A stretch of 60,841 bases of DNA from Dehalococcoidia bacterium (GTDB lineage Bacteria; Chloroflexota; Dehalococcoidia; Dehalococcoidales; UBA1222), in assembly GCA_009776735.1 (NCBI GenBank), contig WRNG01000001.1:1-60841 (forward strand), given 5' to 3'. Positions 54,977-60,841 of this stretch are shown in pieces. The position numbers and the translations under genes are program-made. The notes beneath the pieces were generated by a model that was given only the letters and a program-made list of their open reading frames with translations, was not told where the DNA came from and did no database searches. Positions within the stretch are counted from its first letter, which is position 1. Each line of letters starts with the position of its first letter.

Positions 54977-55930
54977 ATGACAAATAATAACGTGATAGAG
55001 GTAAACAACCTTATTAAGCGCTATAAAGGCGCCAAAACTCTTTCTGTAGACAATATCAGTTTTTCGGTAAAGAAAGGTGAGTTTTTCGCTTTTTTGGGTC
55101 CCAATGGCGCTGGTAAAACCACCACCATTTCAATCTTAACCACTACTTTGGGCAAAACAGCCGGCGAAGTCAAAATTGCCGGTTATGATATCGACAAAGA
55201 AGCTCGCCAAATCCGTGAACGAGTGGGCATTATTTTTCAAAAACCCAGCCTTGATCGTCAATTAACCGCCGAAGAAAATATTCGCTTTCATGCTTGTCTT
55301 TACGGAATGTGCGGATATAGACCGAGTTTCAAACTAATGCCTAAAGCTTATCGTGACAAAATCACTGAATTAGCCGAGATTGTTGGCATTAGTAATGACG
55401 CTTTGTTCAAGCCCGTAAAAAAGCTTTCCGGAGGAATGCAAAGAAAGCTGGAAATCGTACGCAGTTTAATCCACACTCCAGAGGTCTTGTTCCTGGACGA
55501 ACCGACACAAGGTTTAGATGCTGTCAGCCGACGCGGGCTGTGGGACTATATAAACAGTGTTCGCAATCAATATGAGACCACCATTTTTCTAACTACCCAC
55601 TATATTGATGAAGCCGAAAGTACGGATAAAGTTTGTATAATAAACCACGGCAAAATCGCCGCCAATTCCTCTCCCGACAACTTAAAAAAGAGCTTGCTCA
55701 AACAAGAACTAATTCTAGATGCCGATGACAGGAACGAGCTAGTCTCTGAGCTTTCTGCGCTGAATCTGCCTTTCAGCATAAACGAACATGTGATTGTGCC
55801 TTACACCGAGTCCCCACAAGCAATAATCGCTTGTTTAAAAACCAAATTAAGTGTGTTAAAAATTCACGAACCGGCATTAGAGGATGCCTACGTCGAGTTT
55901 TTAAGCAAAACGGAGGTCGTAAAGTTATGA
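54977..55930 (+). CDS. ABC transporter ATP-binding protein (ABC-2/DrrA-like)
   Basis: ATG at 54977 after AAGGAGG (54965-54971). Walker A GPNGAGKTT, signature LSGGMQRKLE, Walker B LFLDEPT. Confidence 0.9.
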   Translation: MTNNNVIEVNNLIKRYKGAKTLSVDNISFSVKKGEFFAFLGPNGAGKTTTISILTTTLGKTAGEVKIAGYDIDKEARQIRERVGIIFQKPSLDRQLTAEENIRFHACLYGMCGYRPSFKLMPKAYRDKITELAEIVGISNDALFKPVKKLSGGMQRKLEIVRSLIHTPEVLFLDEPTQGLDAVSRRGLWDYINSVRNQYETTIFLTTHYIDEAESTDKVCIINHGKIAANSSPDNLKKSLLKQELILDADDRNELVSELSALNLPFSINEHVIVPYTESPQAIIACLKTKLSVLKIHEPALEDAYVEFLSKTEVVKL

Positions 55931-56718
55931 ACGAGTATATTTTGGCACGCAAAAAGTCACGTTATTTTAGAGAACTAAATACAATCGTAGCCGTTATAGC
56001 TCGTGAGGTTACTGTCTTTTTTAAATCACCAGCCGCCATAATTATGAGTCTTGCCATGCCGGTTATGATGATGTTCATGATTGGAGGCAATATGATGGGT
56101 ATTGCCGGTGGTGAGAGTCTTGGTCCATTCATGCTTGTCGGAATGCTTGTGAATATGCTATTTATGGTAACTTGCATGGGTATGTCTTCACTTGTGGACG
56201 ATCACGAGACTGATTTTAACCAAGAAATACTGGTATCGCCGGTTTCGCGTTACTCACTCGTTATCGGCAAGATTTTTGGAGCATCTTTTGGCGCGATAAT
56301 CAGTATGGCAGGCACAATTATCGTCGGACTGATGATGGGCATAACACTTCCATTATGTCAGCTTTTACTTATTCTGGCTCTTTCTCCTCTAATGTGTTTC
56401 GCCGGCGGCGCGATGAGTATGATTCTGATTGGCTTGATTAAAAGCAAGAAGACCGCTAACTTCGCAGTAATGCTTATAACCATGCCACAAATGTTTTTAT
56501 CAGGCGCAATTATTCCGGTCAACGAGTCTAATACAGTGTTGCTAATTCTGAGTCGCCTAATGCCAATGACTTACTGCATTGACCTGACCCGCGCGATAAC
56601 TGGTATCGAACAGCCTACATTTAATCCAGCCGTTAATTTCGCCGCAATAACAGCCTTGTCATTTATCTGCCTTGTAATCGGCACCTTCTTTTTCGCAAGG
56701 TCGGAAACAAACCGCTAA
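55927..56718 (+). CDS. ABC-2 type transporter permease
   Basis: 263 aa, about 6 TM. ATG overlaps the ATPase stop (ATGA at 55927-55930). Confidence 0.8.
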   Translation: MNEYILARKKSRYFRELNTIVAVIAREVTVFFKSPAAIIMSLAMPVMMMFMIGGNMMGIAGGESLGPFMLVGMLVNMLFMVTCMGMSSLVDDHETDFNQEILVSPVSRYSLVIGKIFGASFGAIISMAGTIIVGLMMGITLPLCQLLLILALSPLMCFAGGAMSMILIGLIKSKKTANFAVMLITMPQMFLSGAIIPVNESNTVLLILSRLMPMTYCIDLTRAITGIEQPTFNPAVNFAAITALSFICLVIGTFFFARSETNR

Positions 56719-56838
56719 ACGTATCTGAGAAAGAGCAAAGCAATGATTTAGATTAATCCGGCAAAATATTAATCGAACGCCGCTTGGTGTTCGCAGTTAA
56801 ACACGATATATGGTACAATTTTGGTTCGTGCAAAAACA

Positions 56839-57288
56839 ATGTTAGAAATAAATGTATCGCAATTGTTAAAAAGCACCATCGGCACCAAAAGGGTGGTGTC
56901 AATCGGTGACAGCGTAGAGGTTTCAGGGTATGGGGAGTGCCAAGTCAACGGACAACTACAACTAATGCGCACCAATCGCAGTATTCTTGCCCAAGGCAAA
57001 CTGAACACCGTGGTAGCAGTCTCCTGCGCACGCTGTTTGGATACTTTTTTCTGTCCCTGTGAGATTGAAATTGAGGAGGAGTACTATCCGATTACCGATG
57101 TTTCCACCGGCATTCCTCTTGATGAGCAGGCCGAACCGGATGATTTTGTGATTGACGAGCATTTAGTACTGGATATCGGTGAAGCCGTACGGCAATACAC
57201 CTTGCTGGCGGTGCCCATGAAGCCATTATGTCGCCCGGATTGTCCGGGGATAAAACTGAATGATAATTTTATTAAGGAGCAAGACTAA
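56839..57288 (+). CDS. YceD/DUF177 family protein
   Basis: Cys pairs CARCL...CPC and CRPDCPG. Located immediately upstream of rpmF as in most bacteria. ATG at 56839; the track start 56821 is TTG. Confidence 0.8.
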   Translation: MLEINVSQLLKSTIGTKRVVSIGDSVEVSGYGECQVNGQLQLMRTNRSILAQGKLNTVVAVSCARCLDTFFCPCEIEIEEEYYPITDVSTGIPLDEQAEPDDFVIDEHLVLDIGEAVRQYTLLAVPMKPLCRPDCPGIKLNDNFIKEQD

Positions 57289-57290
57289 CC

Positions 57291-57491
57291 ATGACGCCAT
57301 TACCTAAGAAAAAAACCTCACATGCCAGACAAGGCGAACGCCGCGCACATCTGAGAGCCAAAACCTCAGCGGTGGTGAGTTGCCCTCAATGCACCCAGCC
57401 TAAAGTTCCTCATCATGTCTGCCCTACCTGTGGCACATATGATGGACGTGAAGTGATTGAACTCAAAACCAAAACGAAGAAAACATCTTAA
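57291..57491 (+). CDS. rpmF: 50S ribosomal protein L32
   Basis: 66 aa. PKKKTSHARQGERRAH and zinc-ribbon CPQC...CPTCG. Confidence 0.9.
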   Translation: MTPLPKKKTSHARQGERRAHLRAKTSAVVSCPQCTQPKVPHHVCPTCGTYDGREVIELKTKTKKTS

Positions 57492-57532
57492 TTCAACACT
57501 GTCAGTTGGATAATTCCAGCTAGAGAAATATC

Positions 57533-58477
57533 ATGGACCGTACTATTAACAAGGTGGTCTTTGTTTTCCCCGGTCATGGCTCACAGTATGTGGGCATGGG
57601 AAAAGACATTTATCATGCCTACCCTGAGGCGCGTGCTATATTCGATAAAGCTGACTCCATACTGGATTTCCCATTATCAAAGCTTTGCTTTGAGGGTCCA
57701 TTGGAAGAACTGCGGCTAACAGTGAACGTACAGCCGGCACTTCTTACTGTTTGTACGGCACTACTCAACGTCATGCAAAAAAGCCTTTACTACTCTCCAC
57801 CAGCCTTTGTTGCCGGTCATAGCCTTGGAGAATACACCGCTGCTGTTGCTTGCAGAGCCATAACTTTCACTGATGCCCTTACACTGGTACGCCAGCGCGG
57901 ACAGTTAATGCATCAAGCCGGCGTACAAAAACCAGGCATGGCAGTTGCGATATTAGGTTTAGAAAACGATACTGTGGCAGAAATTGCCAATGCCACCGGT
58001 GTCTATGTCGCCAATTACAACTGTCCAGGGCAAGTGGTAGTCAGCGGAGAGAACCGCTTGGTTGAGCAAGCTGTTGGGCTGGCAATTTCTCGTGGTGCAT
58101 CAAGAACCGTACCCATCCCAGGAAATACCGCTTTTCATTCACCGCTTATGAAGACAGTAGCACAGGAATTGGCACAATCAATCGCTACCGTAGAATTTAA
58201 CCAGCCCAATTGCCCTCTCATCGGCAACACTTCAGCCTCCCCGCTTTCCTCAATCGGTGAACTGCAGGATGAACTGCGACAACAATTGTACAGCCCTGTA
58301 CAATGGAGCCAATCAATCGCTTATCTTGTGTCACAGGGAGTAGATTTGTTGGTTGAAATCGGGCCTGGCGCTGTGCTTTCTGGCCTTAATAAACATGTTG
58401 ACAAACAATTGTCAGTAGCGAATATCAGCGATGTCAAATCTATCGAAAACTACCTTGCACAAGGTTTTGCAAAATGA
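57533..58477 (+). CDS. fabD: Malonyl-CoA:ACP transacylase
   Basis: 314 aa. FVFPGHGSQYVGMG and active-site GHSLGEYTA. Confidence 0.9.
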   Translation: MDRTINKVVFVFPGHGSQYVGMGKDIYHAYPEARAIFDKADSILDFPLSKLCFEGPLEELRLTVNVQPALLTVCTALLNVMQKSLYYSPPAFVAGHSLGEYTAAVACRAITFTDALTLVRQRGQLMHQAGVQKPGMAVAILGLENDTVAEIANATGVYVANYNCPGQVVVSGENRLVEQAVGLAISRGASRTVPIPGNTAFHSPLMKTVAQELAQSIATVEFNQPNCPLIGNTSASPLSSIGELQDELRQQLYSPVQWSQSIAYLVSQGVDLLVEIGPGAVLSGLNKHVDKQLSVANISDVKSIENYLAQGFAK

Positions 58478-59217
58478 CGCTTGAAGGGAAAATAGCTCTG
58501 GTTACTGGGGGTGGGCGTGGTATCGGGCGTGCCATTGCTCTTCAACTGGCATCCGAAGGAGCCTCCATAATCCTAAACTCTTTAACCTCGCAAAACGCCG
58601 AGACAGCCAGCCAAGAAATCCGCTCTATCGGGGGGCAGGCACAAGCATTCCCTGCTGATGTTTCATCACCCACAGCAGTAAAAACCTTATTTGAGGCAAT
58701 CCGGAAAGAATACCAAAGAATTGATATATTGGTTAACAACGCCGGCATTATTCGCGACCACATATTGCTTAAAATGCAAGATAACGACTGGAACGAAATT
58801 TTACAGAATAACCTGAACAGCATTTTTCTTTGTTCACGTGCGGCTCTGAGAATGATGCTACCTCAACGCTGGGGACGTATTATCAGTATTTCCAGCATAG
58901 CCGCTTTTGCGGGAAACACGGGACAGACAAGTTATGCTGCCGCTAAAGCCGGCATTATCGGCTTTACCCGTTCTCTGGCACGAGAAACTGCCCGCAACAA
59001 CATCACCGTTAACGCGATTGCACCAGGCTTAATCGAAACCGATATGACCAATAGTTTTTCCGCCAAACAAAAAAGCGAACTCGTCAGTCGAATCCCATTG
59101 GGATATGCTGGAACCCCGCAAGATGTAGCTGAAGCGGTTTCATTTCTTTCCTCAGACAGAGCCCGCTACATAACCGGCCAAACACTCACAATCGACGGCG
59201 GATTAACAATATGCTAA
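58474..59217 (+). CDS. fabG: 3-oxoacyl-ACP reductase
   Basis: 247 aa SDR. TGGGRGIGRAIA, NNAG, YAAAKAG. ATG overlaps the fabD stop. Confidence 0.9.
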   Translation: MTLEGKIALVTGGGRGIGRAIALQLASEGASIILNSLTSQNAETASQEIRSIGGQAQAFPADVSSPTAVKTLFEAIRKEYQRIDILVNNAGIIRDHILLKMQDNDWNEILQNNLNSIFLCSRAALRMMLPQRWGRIISISSIAAFAGNTGQTSYAAAKAGIIGFTRSLARETARNNITVNAIAPGLIETDMTNSFSAKQKSELVSRIPLGYAGTPQDVAEAVSFLSSDRARYITGQTLTIDGGLTIC

Positions 59218-59236
59218 TGTATTTTGTGAGAGCACA

Positions 59237-59662
59237 ATGATTAAACCAAGACATAAAGCCCGTGAAATCGCCTTGCAAACACTCTACGAATACGATACCA
59301 CCACCCACACCACTATTGCCGTGCTCGAACGAGCCTTTACAGAGAATATACTGGATGAAGAAACGATTCAATTTGCCACCGAACTTGTAAACGGAGTAAA
59401 CTCACACCGAACAGAAATTGATACGGTAATCCATAGTCATGCCGCTTCGTGGCCGTTGGATCAGATAGCTACCATTGACCGGAATATTCTCCGACTTGCA
59501 ATCTATGAACTTTTACACAATAATAAAGTACCCGTGCAGGTAGCCATCAATGAGGCTGTGGAATTAGCCAAAGATTTTGGAGCTGACAGTTCTCCGCGTT
59601 TTATTAATGGTGTATTGAGGACAATCAGCCGCTTGACAACAAGAGAGAATTTGGAGAATTAA
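59237..59662 (+). CDS. nusB: Transcription antitermination factor NusB
   Basis: 141 aa. RHKAREIALQTLYEYD, IDRNILRLAIYELL, AINEAVELAKDFG...FINGVL. Confidence 0.9.
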   Translation: MIKPRHKAREIALQTLYEYDTTTHTTIAVLERAFTENILDEETIQFATELVNGVNSHRTEIDTVIHSHAASWPLDQIATIDRNILRLAIYELLHNNKVPVQVAINEAVELAKDFGADSSPRFINGVLRTISRLTTRENLEN

Positions 59663-59663
59663 T

Positions 59664-60152
59664 ATGGCAACAGTTTTAGAACGCGTACGTAAACTCGCTG
59701 CGGCTCAGTTGGGAATAACCGCTGATGAAATCAGATCGGACGCTATTTTTACCACCGATTTGGGCGCTGATTCTCTTGATATGGTCGAGATGATGATTGC
59801 TTTGGAGAATGAATTTACAATCCACGGAAAGAAAATCGCCATCCCTGATGAAGAAAGCGAAAAAATGCTTTCTGTTCAGGATATCGTGAATTACATCCGT
59901 AGTATCGGCATTACCGACGTAGAAGCACCCAAAACATCTGACAAGAGTGAGCTACAAAGAAGCGGTACTGGAAAACCTGCTTTTTCCCGATTGCCATTCA
60001 GGCGCTCTGATCCCCCAAGACAAGATAAAAATAATCAGTCACCGAATCAACAACAGAATCGTACTCGCCCCGGACGTAGCAACTCCAACCCTCATAATTA
60101 CCGTCCACAGAATCAAAATAACCAGCAGAATCATAGCTCGGAAAAACAATAA
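59664..60152 (+). CDS. Acyl carrier protein with about 80-aa basic N/Q/P/R-rich C-terminal tail
   Basis: aa 1-82 are a normal ACP (LGADSLDMVEMMIALENEF; Ser codon at 59772-59774). aa 83-162 are low-complexity (RRSDPPRQDKNNQSPNQQQNRTRPGRSNSNPHNYRPQNQNNQQNHSSEKQ). ATG lies 1 nt after the nusB stop; SD GGAGA. Confidence 0.8.
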   Translation: MATVLERVRKLAAAQLGITADEIRSDAIFTTDLGADSLDMVEMMIALENEFTIHGKKIAIPDEESEKMLSVQDIVNYIRSIGITDVEAPKTSDKSELQRSGTGKPAFSRLPFRRSDPPRQDKNNQSPNQQQNRTRPGRSNSNPHNYRPQNQNNQQNHSSEKQ

Positions 60153-60384
60153 CTATGGGACTTCACCAGCATATGTGGGGTTGCTGATGTTCCTGAGTCC
60201 ATAACCAGTACGACTCCGCTTCGGATATATCTTCGTTGGTATCGGCAGTGGTTTGTGCTATCTGCGGGAGAGTATCCTCCATAGGCTTGCCAAAGGCCTT
60301 TTTGAACTTCACCATTATATCAATTTGAGAGAGAATCTTGTGATTATGCTTTGGTTACTGCCTAAGGGCACAATAGAAAAAGCC

Positions 60385-60410
60385 AAGGCAAACCCTGCCT
60401 TTTCCGTTTT
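60385..60410 (+). terminator. Weak terminator-like hairpin
   Basis: AAGGCA-AACCC-TGCCTT followed by TTCCGTTTT. Lies about 230 nt after the ACP stop. Confidence 0.3.
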
Positions 60411-60516
60411 ATAAGACCCGCAAGGGGCATTGTTACTATTTCCATTGCAAAGTAGCATATTACTATGCATTCGTCACTCGTTTTTGCGTCTTGATGCTCA
60501 GTTTTACTTGCTCATC

Positions 60517-60555
60517 TATGCATGAATAGTTGCTACATTAGGTAACGGAGTAATA
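60517..60555 (+). repeat. Intergenic motif copy B (partner at 54423-54462)
   Basis: TATGCATGAATAGTTG plus extended similarity. Here TTGCTA-18 nt-TACAAT lies about 80 nt upstream of the ATG at 60640. Confidence 0.5.
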
Positions 60556-60639
60556 CAATAAGCTGTTTTGAGACTTTCTTAACTTCCTGTCCTCTATTGT
60601 AACGTAAATCCCAGCTCTGTTAACCTTTATAACAAAAAA

Positions 60640-60841
60640 ATGAACATCTTGAGAAAAGAAAGTAAAAACCATTTAATGTGGCGTTCAATAAGACCATATA
60701 TTTTTCATACAATTTATATATTATTTATCTTCCTTGTTGTGCCTATCACATTGATAATATGCGATGTTGTCGAAGTGAAGGGTGGTAAATATTTTAACAT
60801 AACAATTTTGGTATTCATTTTTATTCTCTATCTTTATTTTG
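60640..60841 (+). CDS. Partial CDS (5' end), small hydrophobic/membrane protein N-terminus, very AT-rich
   Basis: Open frame from ATG 60640 to the window end (67 codons, no stop): MNILRKESKNHLMWRSIRPYIFHTIYILFIFLVVPITLIICDVVEVKGGKYFNITILVFIFILYLYF. No clear SD. Not in the ORF track, presumably because it is unterminated. Confidence 0.35.
   Translation, partial: MNILRKESKNHLMWRSIRPYIFHTIYILFIFLVVPITLIICDVVEVKGGKYFNITILVFIFILYLYF

Noticed and set aside
54802-55008. 68-aa minus-strand ORF overlapping the ABC ATPase start.
   Set aside because: It is antisense to the SD/ATG of a well-supported gene, and it is hydrophobic by composition only.
60163-60315. 50-aa minus-strand ORF (MVKFKKAFGKPMEDTLPQIAQTTADTNEDISEAESYWLWTQEHQQPHICW) in the gap after the ACP gene.
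   Set aside because: No SD, no recognisable motif, and it lies below the length where ORF presence alone is informative. It is mentioned only in the context of the noncoding gap.
1-60841. I looked for CRISPR arrays, tRNA/rRNA genes, intact insertion sequences, integrases next to tRNAs, and recognisable defence genes (restriction-modification, Cas, retron RT, Abi, CBASS-type).
   Set aside because: None seen. There are no regularly spaced direct repeats and no cloverleaf-like GTTCGAATC-type T-arm candidates in the intergenic regions. The only recombinase is a housekeeping-type XerC/D, and the only IS signal is the short IS110 fragment.

Overview
This 60.8-kb window is gene-dense and mostly conserved core genome. 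I count about 58 protein-coding genes on both strands. I saw no rRNA, tRNA or CRISPR array by eye. All calls come from motif recognition in the supplied translations and from reading the DNA; no searches were run.

Core content, in order:
- Sugar nucleotidyltransferase, acs, prfA-prmC, and a T-box-controlled sodium:solute symporter.
- An EF-G paralog, a Xer recombinase, uvrC and a Cof-type HAD phosphatase.
- mutS, a FAH-family hydrolase, Leu/Val/Phe dehydrogenase, cobO, the bifunctional (class V) FBP aldolase/phosphatase, rdgB and dnaN.
- A CPA2 antiporter, two cyclophilins, argJ-argB-argD-argG-argH, purN and rpmB.
- A fatty-acid-kinase set (fakA plus two DegV genes), recG, argS, and a YtrA-type GntR with a DUF1648-like membrane protein.
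- A DgkA fusion protein, an ABC-2 exporter pair, and yceD-rpmF-fabD-fabG-nusB-acp.

Non-core patches:
1. 13.9-20.9 kb holds two very large C-terminally TM-anchored surface proteins (a beta-helix/Listeria-Bacteroides-repeat adhesin-like protein and a 1263-aa S8 subtilase with Ig-like modules). It also holds an IS110-type transposase fragment and a cluster of small degenerate ORFs with a direct repeat.
2. 46.85-49.5 kb holds an ECF sigma factor, an unusual membrane protein and a lipoprotein serpin.
3. Long noncoding gaps lie at 38.6-38.9, 54.3-55.0 and 60.15-60.64 kb. The last two share a ~40-nt motif.

Taxonomic guess (inference only): an anaerobic monoderm-type lineage such as Chloroflexota/Dehalococcoidia or a deep Firmicutes-like group. 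The basis is class V FBPase, T-box use, Firmicutes-like rpmB-yloV-degV-recG and yceD-rpmF-fab synteny, and TM-anchored surface proteins.

Bottom line: I do not see an unambiguous new multi-gene system such as a defence island. The best candidates for something undescribed are:
- the ECF sigma / reversed-topology sensor-like protein / serpin trio;
- the Tyr-specifier T-box in front of an SSS-family permease;
- the ACP with a long basic disordered tail that is translationally coupled to nusB;
- the DgkA fusion protein.
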